This document shows, in pieces, positions 1 through 10,805 of a stretch of DNA of 64,000 bases (positions are counted from its first letter, which is position 1; each line of letters opens with the position of its first letter). This stretch comes from Candidatus Woesearchaeota archaeon (GTDB taxonomy: Archaea > Nanobdellota > Nanobdellia > Woesearchaeales > UBA12501), in assembly GCA_046484055.1 (NCBI GenBank), contig JAWOBY010000066.1:18928-82927 (forward strand), in the 5' to 3' direction. The notes beneath the pieces are model-generated. The model saw only the letters and a list, made by a program, of their open reading frames with translations, was not told the DNA's origin and made no database searches. Position numbers and translations under genes: made by a program.

Positions 1-764
1 ACGACCTTCCCTTTCCTGAACTCAAGCCTTATGCCTTCAACCTCCCTTCCTCCTTTTATGGTCGGGAAAGAGTATCTTATGTGGCCCTCAACAGAATTCT
101 TTACCGGCTCTGTGAAGACCTCGCCGTCAGGCATGTTCCTCTTGCCTGCGCATTTCACAGTTTTCTTACCCTTCACAGAAAATTCCAGGTCAGTGTCCTT
201 GTGCTTTATCCTTACCTTTTCTGTCCTGTTGAGAAGATTGACCAGCTTCTGCTGTTTCTTTGCCTCTTTAGCCCAGTCAACGATGCAGGCCTCATAGACG
301 AAATCCTCAAAATCCTCGAGTGACATCTCAGCATCCTGGGCCAGCGCAGAAGTGGGGTATTCAAGATAGACCCAGTTGTCCTTCTTCATCACTATGTCAG
401 AAACTTTCTTTGATGCCCTGCCCCTGAGGGCCAGCCTCTTGGGATCCACTTCAGAAAGCTCCTTGGTATTGTACTCTGTGGCAACAGATATCCACGCGTC
501 AACATTCCTTGCCTCATATAATGCTATCTTTGGGGTTTTCTTCAGTATGCTCTCAGGCGCGTGCTTGTAGAAGGTGTTAGCGAATCCGGGCAGGCCTACG
601 CGCAGCAAAGGCGAGGCGCCCTTTTTGAGTATGAGCTTTGTGAGTTCAAGAACGAGCGGCCTTGCTTTAGGGCCGCAACTTATCTCCACTATGTCCCCTT
701 TTTTTATGCTTACGGAATAATTGACGAGTATGTCCGCGAGCTTTTTCACCCTTGGATCAGCCAT
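1..764 (-). CDS. Aminopeptidase, M29 (AmpS/aminopeptidase T) family; 3' end runs off the window
   Basis: Not in the ORF track; manual translation from ATG at 764 gives MADPRVKKLADILVNYS...PTSALAQDAEMSLEDFEDFVY...NMPDGEVFTEPV, typical of M29. Confidence 0.88.
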   Translation of the reverse strand, partial: MADPRVKKLADILVNYSVSIKKGDIVEISCGPKARPLVLELTKLILKKGASPLLRVGLPGFANTFYKHAPESILKKTPKIALYEARNVDAWISVATEYNTKELSEVDPKRLALRGRASKKVSDIVMKKDNWVYLEYPTSALAQDAEMSLEDFEDFVYEACIVDWAKEAKKQQKLVNLLNRTEKVRIKHKDTDLEFSVKGKKTVKCAGKRNMPDGEVFTEPVKNSVEGHIRYSFPTIKGGREVEGIRLEFRKGKV

Positions 765-882
765 GTTCTGCTGCAGGGCGGGCTCATATTTAAATGTTGC
801 TGAATCCCGTAAGATATGCAGGCGAGGGCCAAAACCAAAATGTTTATAAATGAGGGTTGAGGAAGATACGCAGGGGTAACTT

Positions 883-2022
883 ATGGAATCTGATGAGAAA
901 CTAGACAAGGTAGTATCAGGATACTCTCTTGACATAAACAGTCTTGAGGAGGAGAACAGGGTATTGAACGAGACTGTGAAGAGCCTTAAGGAAGAGATTA
1001 ACAAGTTCCAGAGAGCACCCCTGCTGGTGGCAGAGGCGAGGGATGTGATTGGTGAGAATGCCATCGTCAAGCTTCCGAACGGCAATGAGTTCTATGTTGA
1101 CATATCCTCGGAATCAAAAGGCATCCAGCCGGGGGATTCAGTGCTGGTGGAGCAGAAGAATCTCACGTGTGTGAAGAAGATAGAATCAAGGAAGAGATTC
1201 AATGTGGAGAGGTTTGTGATAGTTGAGAACCCGAGCATAGCATGGAACACCATAGGCGGTCTCAAGGAGCAGGAGAAGGAGATCAAAGAGGTCATCGAGC
1301 TTCCCCTGAAGAGTCCAGAGCTGTTCAAGAATGTGGGGATAAAGCCTCCCAAGGGGCTGCTGCTGCACGGGCCGCCGGGAACGGGCAAGACACTGCTGGC
1401 CAAGGCTGTGGCGAGCTCCACAAAATCAACATTCATAGAGATAGTGGGCAGCGAGCTCGTGCAGAAATTCATAGGTGAGGGCACCAAGCTGGTCAAGGAG
1501 GTGTTCCAGCTGGCCAGGGAGAAAGCGCCTTCAATAGTTTTCATAGATGAGCTTGACGCGATAGCCTCCCAGAGGATTGATGTTGGCACGAGCGGAGAGA
1601 GGGAGGTCCAGAGGACCTTCATGCAGCTGCTGGCTGAGATAGACGGCTTCAAGAATCTCGGCAATATCAAGATCATAGGATGCACCAACAGGAAGGATAT
1701 ACTCGATCCTGCAGTGGTTAGGCCTGGAAGGCTCGACAGGATGCTCCAGATCCCTCTTCCTGAAAAGGAAGGGATAAAAGACATATTCAGGATACACACA
1801 AAAGAAATGAATCTTGACAAGAAGATAGACATCAACAGGATCTGCAAGCTTATGGAAGGCTTTTCAGGGGCAGAGATCAAGGCAGTGGCAACAGAAGCAG
1901 GCTATTTCGCGATAAGGGCCAAGAGGACAAAGGTGAATGAGAGCGACTTCAGGGAGGCTGTCAAGAAGGTCAAGGAGCATGAGGAGGATGAAGGGGAAGA
2001 TTATATGGGGATGTTCGGCTGA
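883..2022 (+). CDS. pan: Proteasome-activating nucleotidase (AAA+ ATPase)
   Basis: N-terminal coiled coil and OB fold, Walker A GPPGTGKT, Walker B FIDELD, SGEREVQRT, LDPAVVRPGRLDR, C-terminal MFG tail. Confidence 0.95.
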   Translation: MESDEKLDKVVSGYSLDINSLEEENRVLNETVKSLKEEINKFQRAPLLVAEARDVIGENAIVKLPNGNEFYVDISSESKGIQPGDSVLVEQKNLTCVKKIESRKRFNVERFVIVENPSIAWNTIGGLKEQEKEIKEVIELPLKSPELFKNVGIKPPKGLLLHGPPGTGKTLLAKAVASSTKSTFIEIVGSELVQKFIGEGTKLVKEVFQLAREKAPSIVFIDELDAIASQRIDVGTSGEREVQRTFMQLLAEIDGFKNLGNIKIIGCTNRKDILDPAVVRPGRLDRMLQIPLPEKEGIKDIFRIHTKEMNLDKKIDINRICKLMEGFSGAEIKAVATEAGYFAIRAKRTKVNESDFREAVKKVKEHEEDEGEDYMGMFG

Positions 2023-2314
2023 AACGTCCATGAGATAGAAAGTCCCAGATTCTTACCGCCCTTCCGTATTCTTTATTACAAATAGCGCAATACCTCTTCT
2101 TTCAAGTTGGGGATGTAGCGCTATTTATAAGACTTAAATGATGTATGATTGTGATGCATGATAACTATGAGAAAGATTAAGATGGGGATTTGCACACAGC
2201 TCAGCAGTTACATCCTTATGCCATTGGAGGCACTGGTGTTCACTTAATCATCGCTGTGTTGTGCTTCCCGGCTCTCGCCGGCATGGAGGGAGAGGGGATG
2301 TTTTATAAGCTTTT

Positions 2315-3133
2315 CTACATGACCCTGAAATCAACGCAGACCCTGTACTTGCCCGGCCCGTAATTCCCGCATCTGTTCCAGCCGAGAATCTCGTATTCCT
2401 TCCTGCCCGCCGCTTTCCTTATCTTCTCAAAGCTTGCATCCGGCATTTCCTCCTCGCGCTCAAAATCATAGAAATGGATTGTTGTCCCTCTCCTCGATGC
2501 TGCTAGCGCGGTATCAAGGAAGTTCTCAGCCCCCCTGGGGAGCGGCATGATTATCCTGTCAAACCTTTTTCTGATTTTCGGCACCACCTTCCTGACATCA
2601 CCGAGGTAAAGCTTCACGTTCTGTGCCTTGTTAAGCTCCCTGTTCCTTAATGCATACTTATGGGCTTCAGGATTGACCTCAACACCATACACCTCCCTTG
2701 CTCCTGTGTTCCTGGATATCACGAACACATAGGGGCCCACGCCGGAGAACATCACAAGAACTGTCTCACCCGGCCTTACCTTCTCCATTATCCTTTTCCG
2801 CTCTGTGCTGAGCCTGGGCGAGAAATACACCTTTTCAGCATGCAGCAGGAGCCTCACATTGTTCTCCTTGTACTCTGTCTCCTTGCTCCTCCTGCCCGCT
2901 ATTATCTTGAGCTTCCTGAGCCTGAACTCCCCTGAATGTATCCCTGTCTTCTTGGCCACTGTCCTTATGTTCTTCTGAAGGTCCAGGAGGGTATTGCCGA
3001 TAAGCTTTTCCTTCTTCTCCAGCTCAGGAGGGATCTCTATTATGGCTATGGAACCGAGGGTATCATAGCTTCCCTTGAGCAGATCAAACTCTTTCGGGGT
3101 GAGTTTGCCCTTGAGGGCTTCCTTCAGTTTCAT
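2315..3133 (-). CDS. Trm5/Tyw2-family SAM-dependent tRNA G37 modification enzyme (no D1 domain)
   Basis: YFSPRLSTER, MFSGVGPY, EVNPEA and IMPLP motifs; start at 3133 overlaps the stop of the upstream gene (ATGA). Confidence 0.85.
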   Translation of the reverse strand: MKLKEALKGKLTPKEFDLLKGSYDTLGSIAIIEIPPELEKKEKLIGNTLLDLQKNIRTVAKKTGIHSGEFRLRKLKIIAGRRSKETEYKENNVRLLLHAEKVYFSPRLSTERKRIMEKVRPGETVLVMFSGVGPYVFVISRNTGAREVYGVEVNPEAHKYALRNRELNKAQNVKLYLGDVRKVVPKIRKRFDRIIMPLPRGAENFLDTALAASRRGTTIHFYDFEREEEMPDASFEKIRKAAGRKEYEILGWNRCGNYGPGKYRVCVDFRVM

Positions 3134-3999
3134 AAGATCACCATATAAGCTCCGGCAAGCATTATGACGCACGCTGTGAGCTTGAGCTTGAGGGCCTTCT
3201 CGTGGAATATTTCTCCGCCTATGAATGCAGAGACCAGTGTGCTGAGCCGTCTTATGGGCACCACCAGGACTATCAGTGCTGCAGGGACTGATATCGCCTT
3301 AAGAAAAAACAGATCGCTTACTACAACAAGCGCACATGCGACTATGAACCCCAGCCAGTCCCTTCTGAGAGCGAGCCTTATGTCCATGAGCCCGCCTTCC
3401 TTCCTGTATTTGAGTGATATGAATATGATTGCTATCAGCAGTATCTGCAGGAAATAATAGGAGTAGATGTCCACCGTCCTTACGACTATCTTGTCTATTA
3501 TCGCGCAGAAGCTTATGAACACAAGGTATATGAGAAGCAGCACGAGCTTTTTCTCCTTCAGCACCTTCAATGGTTTTTTCAGGTGTATGATCTTATGGTC
3601 CGCTTCCATGACATACGCCCCGAGAAGCAGGAGGAGAATTCCCGAGATGTTGAATATGTTCGGCGTCTCATTGAGTATGATAAATCCGAAAACAAGCAGG
3701 AACAACGGGCTGAGGTTCTTCAGGGGCTCGACCTCCGAGATATCATAATGCCTCAGGAGCTTCAGGATTATGAAGGCTGCGACTGCAAGAAAGCAGGATT
3801 TCAGGCCTATGAGGGCCCATTGGGCGGGTGAAAGATAAAAATCAACCCTTGGAAGAAGCACGAGGAGGAATATGAATATTATAAGGTAATATGTTGAGGT
3901 GAACTGCAGGGTGTGCTCCCTTGACAGTATTTTCTTCTTGATGACATCAGAGACACCGAAGATTATTGCGGACAAAAGCGCAAGCAGATACCATTCCAT
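3130..3999 (-). CDS. EamA/DMT-family transporter
   Basis: About 10 hydrophobic segments in two repeats; LSPLF..ILNE and GGEIFHEK signatures. Confidence 0.85.
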   Translation of the reverse strand: MEWYLLALLSAIIFGVSDVIKKKILSREHTLQFTSTYYLIIFIFLLVLLPRVDFYLSPAQWALIGLKSCFLAVAAFIILKLLRHYDISEVEPLKNLSPLFLLVFGFIILNETPNIFNISGILLLLLGAYVMEADHKIIHLKKPLKVLKEKKLVLLLIYLVFISFCAIIDKIVVRTVDIYSYYFLQILLIAIIFISLKYRKEGGLMDIRLALRRDWLGFIVACALVVVSDLFFLKAISVPAALIVLVVPIRRLSTLVSAFIGGEIFHEKALKLKLTACVIMLAGAYMVIL

Positions 4000-4056
4000 A
4001 TATCATGAAGGAGAGAGATTATTTAAATTTTTAACTATTGGAACATGAGATGGTGG

Positions 4057-5094
4057 TCATCCGAAGAACTGGTTGAGGCCTTTCTGGCTCTTATCGCTTT
4101 TCTCCTTCTCAAGCTTGGACAGGGAATCACTCACTCTCTTCTCTGAGAAGTCATGCCCGTCAACAAGAAGCTCCATCAGTTTGTCCCTGTCCGGCGCTTT
4201 CCATTCCATATTGTAGTCATCGGTCACAGGCATCCCTGTTATCGTGTCATACACCTGCTTCCAGGGGATATCAGAATGATCACTCCACCCCACCTCTTTG
4301 AAGAGGGAGTCAAAATCATCATCGTTCCCCTTTATCATTTTCAGGGCTTTTTTGGGGCCTATGCCCTTCACACCTCCATAGTTGTAGTCAGTTCCGACCA
4401 GAAGGCAGAGGGCTATGAGCTGGTCCTGGCTTATGCCCAGGGAATCAAGATTCTCCTTCAGGTCTATCATCTCCGGCCTGACTCCTGAAAAGCTCGCCTT
4501 GCCGGGCATCCTTCTCCTTTCTGTTATGGTAAGATTCCTCACAAGCCTCGGGACGCCGAACATCAGGCAGTCAAAATCCTGGCTTATCTCTGCATAAGCC
4601 TCTCCTCTCTTCACTATGTGGGCCGCCTGTGCCTCTCCCTCTGAAGGGGCGTCAATGACAGGCATGCCCAGCGCGCTTATAAGCTTCTTGGCTTCTTCTA
4701 TCATCTCAGGAGTGAGCCTTGACATCCTTGAGGAGTATTTCTTCATCCCTTCGATGTCGCCTTCCTGTTTCGCTTTCTCATAATCCTTTGCAGCGTCTTC
4801 TTTAAGCCCTTTTCTTCTCTCTCTTTCCTTGTCCTTGAGTTCAGGGGGCCTGCCGTCAAATACGAACGCCAGATTAAGGCCTTTCTGCATAAGGCTGAGG
4901 CTGCGGTTGAAAAGCCCGTTCAGGTGGGAGGTCACACTGCCATTTGAGTCCATAAGAAGGGAACCATCATTCATCCTTATTGTGGTCAGGAATTGGTAGA
5001 GTATGTTATGGGCATCGACCACGAGATTTTTTCCCTTAAGGTCCTCGATGGTTATTTGCCTGCAGGCGGTTATCTCCTTAAGTTTGGTGCCCAT
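4057..5094 (-). CDS. fen: Flap endonuclease 1
   Basis: DAHNILYQFLTTIR, FVFDG, APSEGEAQAA, SQDFD, GTDYN.GGVKGIGPK, C-terminal PIP box QKGLNQFF. Confidence 0.97.
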   Translation of the reverse strand: MGTKLKEITACRQITIEDLKGKNLVVDAHNILYQFLTTIRMNDGSLLMDSNGSVTSHLNGLFNRSLSLMQKGLNLAFVFDGRPPELKDKERERRKGLKEDAAKDYEKAKQEGDIEGMKKYSSRMSRLTPEMIEEAKKLISALGMPVIDAPSEGEAQAAHIVKRGEAYAEISQDFDCLMFGVPRLVRNLTITERRRMPGKASFSGVRPEMIDLKENLDSLGISQDQLIALCLLVGTDYNYGGVKGIGPKKALKMIKGNDDDFDSLFKEVGWSDHSDIPWKQVYDTITGMPVTDDYNMEWKAPDRDKLMELLVDGHDFSEKRVSDSLSKLEKEKSDKSQKGLNQFFG

Positions 5095-5137
5095 AAAGAA
5101 GAAAGGAAGAAAGAATAATATAAATTTTATTATTTTA

Positions 5138-5815
5138 TCATTTCACTTTTATGGTCAGAAGATCCTGGCCGGTGTTGTAATTATCCCAGAACCCATCTGA
5201 AGTCTCATACTCAAAGGTTATGTCGAAGGTATAGCTTCCAGGCACTGTCTCCTCACCCTCAGCCACATACGGCCCCACCTCGACTATGAGGGGGACTATC
5301 TTCTCCTCGCTGTCATCGAGAGTGAATGTGCTGAATGTGTTCCTTGAGAACCAGTTGTAGATTGTCTCATCCGTGTGTATGAGGTTGGAGAGGCCGCTGG
5401 TTTTTGCGTCCTCAATCTCAAGGTCGAGCCTGAACCTTTTGGTGTTAGGATATATGTTCTTGATGCCCACCGCAAACACGTATGAGTCCCCGATTTCCAT
5501 GATCTTGTAGGGTGTTGAAAGTGCTACCCTCTCACCTTTGTCAAGCCTTTCCTCTGCAAGGTTCCTCTCGTCTGCCGAAAGTTCCATGCTAACGTCTGAG
5601 GCTTCCTCTGAAGCTGAATCCTGAGAGTCTCCCTCAGCAGAAGAACCGCTATCATATGAAGCGGTGCTGTCCTGGGCGCCTGTTTCGGCCTGCTGATCAT
5701 CCCCTTCACTGTCAGGCGTCACAACAGTGTTCCCGTTGCCACATCCTGATAGTATGGTCAGGATGGCAATGACTGAAATGACATAAATCATCGGAATTAA
5801 ACGTCTTGTTCTCAT
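5138..5815 (-). CDS. Predicted lipoprotein with acidic linker and beta-rich C-terminal domain
   Basis: Signal peptide with lipobox-like LSGC, then an S/D/E-rich linker. Confidence 0.65.
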   Translation of the reverse strand: MRTRRLIPMIYVISVIAILTILSGCGNGNTVVTPDSEGDDQQAETGAQDSTASYDSGSSAEGDSQDSASEEASDVSMELSADERNLAEERLDKGERVALSTPYKIMEIGDSYVFAVGIKNIYPNTKRFRLDLEIEDAKTSGLSNLIHTDETIYNWFSRNTFSTFTLDDSEEKIVPLIVEVGPYVAEGEETVPGSYTFDITFEYETSDGFWDNYNTGQDLLTIKVK

Positions 5816-6029
5816 GCTTACACCCCCGCTATAAATCTCCTATTGATGAGCATTTATCATGGGCCTTTATATGCTTTTTGGTCTGGGATGGCACAATGGG
5901 TATAATGCATATACATTAATGGCAGAGGCACAGCGGCCACTAAGTCCTTCCCCTTCAGGATGATCATGCAAATCAGGGAGGGGGGGCAGAAGCTTATCAG
6001 GACCCGTATCTCAGGGGATGCCAGTGGCT

Positions 6030-6971
6030 TTAAAGCATCTGTATCAGAATTATCAGGAGGTAACCTGTGACGCAGCCGATGCTGAGGAAAGGCATGGCAG
6101 GGTAATACCTGTCCTCTTTGGAGAGCAGGAAAAGGAGGAGCAGCGCTATGCTGACCACAACAGGTATGATGGCAGTCTTGAGGAAGCCCGCCAGAACAGT
6201 ATCAGTGAGCATGAGGTTCTTCATGACCACCCCTGCGAAGAGAAGGGGGAATCCTATATCTCCTCCCCCCAGTATCGCGCTCTTCCTGCCTTCAGCCCTT
6301 TCTTCAGCAGTCCCTTTTTTTCTCTTAACCTTTTCTGGCTTTTTACCTGATGTTTTTGCGCGTCTCTTCACCTTCTTGTAGGGTATGAACAGGCCGGCGA
6401 ATATCTTTGATTCCGTCTGGAATTTTGCCATCCTGACCATGTGCTTTGATCTCCAGACAGCGTACATGTCATAGAGCGAGACAAGCACGAGCAGGATGAG
6501 CATTGCCTTCAGGTTTATTATGGGCACAAGTATGGCTGCGAGGCCCCCATACACGAGCGTTTCAGTTATGTTATGTATATATATGTTGGGCCTGTATATC
6601 TTCCATAGAGCCAGCGCAAGGGCTATCGCGAAAGCGGCATATTCGTTTATGAAGGCGCCCAGCGCCATAGTGAGGGTTATCAGGACTGCAAGGAAGAACC
6701 AAAGCTTCCACATCCTGTATGCCCCTGTCCTTATTATCAGAAGCACGAGCAGTGTCCCTATTATTATAGCGGCAAAGATATATATGTATGAGCTGGATTC
6801 CTCCACTTCCGGCCTCTCCATATCCATCGGAAGCTCAGCCCATGTCACATTGCCTGTCTGGGCGGTTACCTTGTGATCTATGTATTCGTTCGTCACCGCC
6901 AGGCCTACCAGCTGGGAAATGAAGAAGAACACCACCAATAACAGCGTTATCTTGAGATTATGTTTCATCAT
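6030..6971 (-). CDS. Presenilin/SPP-like GxGD intramembrane aspartyl protease
   Basis: YD (LYDMYAV), LGGGD and PAL-like YPAMPF motifs in a multi-pass membrane protein. Confidence 0.92.
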   Translation of the reverse strand: MMKHNLKITLLLVVFFFISQLVGLAVTNEYIDHKVTAQTGNVTWAELPMDMERPEVEESSSYIYIFAAIIIGTLLVLLIIRTGAYRMWKLWFFLAVLITLTMALGAFINEYAAFAIALALALWKIYRPNIYIHNITETLVYGGLAAILVPIINLKAMLILLVLVSLYDMYAVWRSKHMVRMAKFQTESKIFAGLFIPYKKVKRRAKTSGKKPEKVKRKKGTAEERAEGRKSAILGGGDIGFPLLFAGVVMKNLMLTDTVLAGFLKTAIIPVVVSIALLLLFLLSKEDRYYPAMPFLSIGCVTGYLLIILIQML

Positions 6972-7020
6972 GGGGGGATTGCAGGAAATTATTTAAATGT
7001 GTTTTGCTGGCTTGAATCAG

Positions 7021-7476
7021 ATGAGGCTCGCCCATAACATAAAGATAAGCGTGTTCTGCAAGCCGGAGGATGATTACAGTTCCATAATGGGCGCTTTCCT
7101 GTCCCTCTTCCCTTTCAGTCTTGAGGATGAGAAAGTGCAGCTCGAGGAGCAGAATGTTTTGGGGTTCAATGAGAGGGAGATAAGGGTATTTAATGCGTGG
7201 TTAGGGAGAGAATCGCTCACCAATTCATTCCTTAAGCACCTGAAGGAGCGTCTGGGGGGTGCCCAGTGCAGCAGGATAGCAGAGGAAGCGGAATCCAGGG
7301 TGGATGATGAGCTCTGCCTTTTCATAAGACTGGATAAGAAAAGCCTTGAGGCAGGGAAGTATGCGCTGACAGACAGGGGAGACTGCTTCCACATAAGGAT
7401 AAAACTGTCAGTACATCCCAAAAGGAGGGAGAAAGCCGTCAGGCTGGCGCATGATATCTTCTCAACAAAACCCTAA
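7021..7476 (+). CDS. Archaeal RNA-binding protein (DUF54-like)
   Basis: FCKPEDD start, LFIRLDK and D.GDCFHIRIK resemble this family. Confidence 0.65.
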   Translation: MRLAHNIKISVFCKPEDDYSSIMGAFLSLFPFSLEDEKVQLEEQNVLGFNEREIRVFNAWLGRESLTNSFLKHLKERLGGAQCSRIAEEAESRVDDELCLFIRLDKKSLEAGKYALTDRGDCFHIRIKLSVHPKRREKAVRLAHDIFSTKP

Positions 7477-7554
7477 AAACACCAAAAAGAGACAAAGAGG
7501 GTGCTGCAGGGGCATAGGATAAATTTTTATATGAATACCTATTCTTACAGGAGC

Positions 7555-8514
7555 ATGAGCTTCATATGGACAGAAAAATACAGGCCCCAGAATTTCTCTG
7601 AGATAAGGGGGCAGAAGGATGTGGTCAGCAAGGTAGAGGCGCTTGTGAAGAGCAGGAACCTGCCGCATCTGCTTTTTGCGGGCCCCGCGGGTACAGGCAA
7701 GACCACTCTGGCCCTGGTCACGGCAAAACAGCTTTTTGGTGAGGGGTGGAGGTCCAATTTTCTGGAGCTCAACGCGTCTGATGAGAGAGGCATTGACATA
7801 ATAAGGAACAAGGTGAAGGATTTCGCCAGGACAAGGGCTATTGGTGATGTGCCTTTCAAGATAATCTACCTTGACGAGTGCGATGCGCTGACGAGAGAGG
7901 CGCAGCAGGCCCTGAGAAGGACGATGGAGAATTACACCCAGACCTGCAGGTTCATACTATCAGCGAATTATTCCTCAAAGATAATAGATCCCATACAGAG
8001 CAGGTGCGCGATATTCAGGTTCAGGCCCCTAAGCAGGGATGATATAATGTCTATAATCGACAATATCGCGTCGGGGGAAGGCATAGAGGTATCAGGAGAT
8101 GCTAAGACCGCCCTTTATGATGTGTCCAAAGGCGACTGCAGGAGGGTTGAGAACATAATGCAGAGCTGCGCTGCAGTAAGCAAAAGCATTGATGATGAGC
8201 TTGTCTTCTCGATGGCATCAGTGGCCAAGCCGAAGGAGGTGAAGAAGGCGCTGGAGCTGGCCCTGCAGAACAAGTTCATTGAGGCAAAGGATGAGCTGCT
8301 CAACATAATGCTTAAGTACGGCCTCAGCGGAGAGGACATAATCAGGCAGGTCCAGAAAGAGATACTTGATCTTGACATTGACGGCAGGCAGCAGATGGAG
8401 CTGATATCTTACTGCGGTGAAGCGGAATTCAGGGTCAGCGAGGGTTCTGATGAGTTCATACAGCTGGAGGCCCTGCTGAGCAGGTTCACGTTGGCGGGTG
8501 AAGGAAACAAGTGA
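7555..8514 (+). CDS. rfcS: Replication factor C small subunit
   Basis: WTEKYRP, GPAGTGKTT, ELNASDERG, LDECD, AQQALRRTME, IQSRC. Confidence 0.97.
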   Translation: MSFIWTEKYRPQNFSEIRGQKDVVSKVEALVKSRNLPHLLFAGPAGTGKTTLALVTAKQLFGEGWRSNFLELNASDERGIDIIRNKVKDFARTRAIGDVPFKIIYLDECDALTREAQQALRRTMENYTQTCRFILSANYSSKIIDPIQSRCAIFRFRPLSRDDIMSIIDNIASGEGIEVSGDAKTALYDVSKGDCRRVENIMQSCAAVSKSIDDELVFSMASVAKPKEVKKALELALQNKFIEAKDELLNIMLKYGLSGEDIIRQVQKEILDLDIDGRQQMELISYCGEAEFRVSEGSDEFIQLEALLSRFTLAGEGNK

Positions 8515-8704
8515 GACAGCCACATCAGAGTACAGCCCTGAAACAGATAGATAAGGGGGTTTGTTCTGATTGGCTGAATGGTTCTCCATGATTCTCTGGA
8601 AACAGGAGAGAACATGAACAGAAAGAAGGATGGCGTGATGCTAAAGTGGGAAGAGAATCAAATAGGGATGAATTGATATGAAAAAGTGAAAGAAAAAGGG
8701 AAAT

Positions 8705-9610
8705 TCATCCCTTGCTCTTTATCTTTACGCTCTGCTGTATGAGGTCCCTGTAATCATAGCTGAGAGTCAGGTCTATCTGTTTTGTGTAGAGCGCGCCTTC
8801 CTCCATCGGATTTTTCAGCTTGCACCTTATGGTCCCCTTGCCATTGACCAGTCTTGCCTCGTTCTCCTGGCCTGCGGCCCTGCAGTCCCACTCGTCAGGG
8901 TTGGATGTCTCGTCGATGCTGAACTCCAGCTGGCCGTATCTGGAATCGAAATCCTCTCCCGGCTTGGTCACGTCACCTCCGCCGACATTCTCAACCTGGT
9001 ATTCGATAGCTATTATTCCGGAACCCGCTCTCGCCTGCTTGGCTGATTTCACGATAATCGGAGCGCCTGATGAGAATGATTCTCTCGGGCCCTCAATATC
9101 ACAGACGGAATCGTCAGTTATGTCCTCCTTGAAGCAGACGTCAGGCACTGCCACATGGGTCTTGTAAGGGTATTTGTAACTTGCGAACACAGTCACGTCA
9201 TAATAATTGGTCTGGAGGTCTATGTTGTACTCTGCATCACCAAAGTCAATCGTCTCTTCGCCTCCCAGTGTGTTGAATTCGGAAATCCCCTCGAGCTCTC
9301 CGGAATTGGTCTTCCTCATCTCGATTCCGCTGAAATCCTCTGGTGATATGCCCTTGAGCTTGAGCTCGACATCGCCTGCTTCCACATCCTGTTCGCCCTT
9401 GTTCTCCAGTGTGATCTCTATGGGTATTGTCTCATCCCCGTATATTGTGGGCATGCCATCCTCAACGACACCAAAACTCTCAAAACTCGCTATTATTCCC
9501 TGGGTGCCTCCTTCGTACGGCGATTCGGTGGTCTTTTTTTCCTCTCCTTCGCAGCCTGCAAGGAGCAATGCCCCTAACACCAAGATTATGAAAAGATGTT
9601 TCGCTCTCAT
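8705..9610 (-). CDS. Lipoprotein, paralogue 1 of a tandem surface-protein family
   Basis: Lipobox LAGC; shares NKG..D, Y.Y.T...C, GAP and N.GGG.V motifs with its neighbours. Confidence 0.75.
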   Translation of the reverse strand: MRAKHLFIILVLGALLLAGCEGEEKKTTESPYEGGTQGIIASFESFGVVEDGMPTIYGDETIPIEITLENKGEQDVEAGDVELKLKGISPEDFSGIEMRKTNSGELEGISEFNTLGGEETIDFGDAEYNIDLQTNYYDVTVFASYKYPYKTHVAVPDVCFKEDITDDSVCDIEGPRESFSSGAPIIVKSAKQARAGSGIIAIEYQVENVGGGDVTKPGEDFDSRYGQLEFSIDETSNPDEWDCRAAGQENEARLVNGKGTIRCKLKNPMEEGALYTKQIDLTLSYDYRDLIQQSVKIKSKG

Positions 9611-9715
9611 TTTGACCTCCCTCTGTTCTTTTTTGTGAGATTGTTTTTTTATTTTTAATTCGTATTTGATTTTTGTTTCTCTTTCTTACTCCAATGAATG
9701 AAGGCAAGTCTTATT

Positions 9716-10669
9716 CTAATATGTATGCCTTCCTGGCTGCCTGTGTATTGTCACATCCTTTGCTATTGAATTCCTGTAGCCGTAATCAAGCACTATGGAG
9801 AGCGAAGTCTTATATGCTTCATCCCCCAGGTCTCCCTCCCAATAGCAGATTGCGAATCCTCCTCCATTTGATATGCGGACAATATCCGGCTCGCACCTGA
9901 GCTGCTTGTCAGAGAACTCGGCCCTTACCCCCACCATGTCCACATCTGTCCTCTCAAGCTGTGAGTGGCATTCGCTTATGGGTGCTGTGGGCCTTATGAC
10001 TGTGCCTCCCCCCACATTCGCTATATTGACCTTGAACTGCACTCTTCTTCTGGAGCTCTGCTGTTCAACATTTGTTACTGCTACCGGAGCGCCCTGTGTT
10101 CCTCCTACCTGCGGGGCTCCAGCGACGCATACCTTTTCCTCATGGCTGACTCCGAAAGGGTCCGGATCTATACATACGCTTCCTGTCGCGTAAGTCCTGT
10201 ACTTGTAGCATGCTGTGGCCTTTATGGTCTGTCTGAATAGGTCCTGCTCGTTCGGCATGTTGGCGGAGGACACAGTAAAGGTGTGGGTGTTGATCATGTT
10301 CCCTTGGGGATTGAACTCGTCCTTGCCCTGCGCCCTTATCCCTGTGAGCATTGTCCTGTCAAAACGCAGATAGTTCCTGTCGAAACCGCTCAGGTGTATA
10401 TAACCCCCTTCGATATCATAGGCGCCCTTATTGGTGTATTCTATCGCCACGTCCATCCTGTCTCCTTCATATATGTCAGAGGGAGGGCTTCCTCTCACGA
10501 AATTGAGAACCAGCCCCTGGCTTCCTGTCCTGAATGTCTGCCTCTTTGATTGGTCCTCTTCAGGTTCAGTAAGGCCTGTGCATCCGAAGAGAGAAACCAG
10601 TATGCTGGCCATCAAAAGACCGATTAACAGACCAACCAATAATCTTTTTGCCCTCATTTTTCTACTCAT
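9716..10669 (-). CDS. Lipoprotein, paralogue 2 of the tandem surface-protein family
   Basis: LFGC lipobox-like; GLVLNF..PP, NKGAYD, CYKYRT...C.DPD, QGAPVAV, NVGGGTV, LDYGY. Confidence 0.75.
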   Translation of the reverse strand: MSRKMRAKRLLVGLLIGLLMASILVSLFGCTGLTEPEEDQSKRQTFRTGSQGLVLNFVRGSPPSDIYEGDRMDVAIEYTNKGAYDIEGGYIHLSGFDRNYLRFDRTMLTGIRAQGKDEFNPQGNMINTHTFTVSSANMPNEQDLFRQTIKATACYKYRTYATGSVCIDPDPFGVSHEEKVCVAGAPQVGGTQGAPVAVTNVEQQSSRRRVQFKVNIANVGGGTVIRPTAPISECHSQLERTDVDMVGVRAEFSDKQLRCEPDIVRISNGGGFAICYWEGDLGDEAYKTSLSIVLDYGYRNSIAKDVTIHRQPGRHTY

Positions 10670-10805
10670 TGATGCGGATATTATGATTTATGGACGCTTT
10701 CTTTATAAATATTTTTGTATGCCCGGCAGGTTATGCATTGATTTCTGAATCCGCTCTAAACCTATGAATTTTTATTGCCGAATACCCTGATCAATGTATA
10801 AGCTC

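Noticed and set aside
2080-2126. Inverted repeat AAATAGCGC...GCGCTATTT between convergent pan and the trm5-like gene
   Set aside because: It could be a terminator, but a 9-bp stem alone is too little evidence for an ncRNA or mobile element
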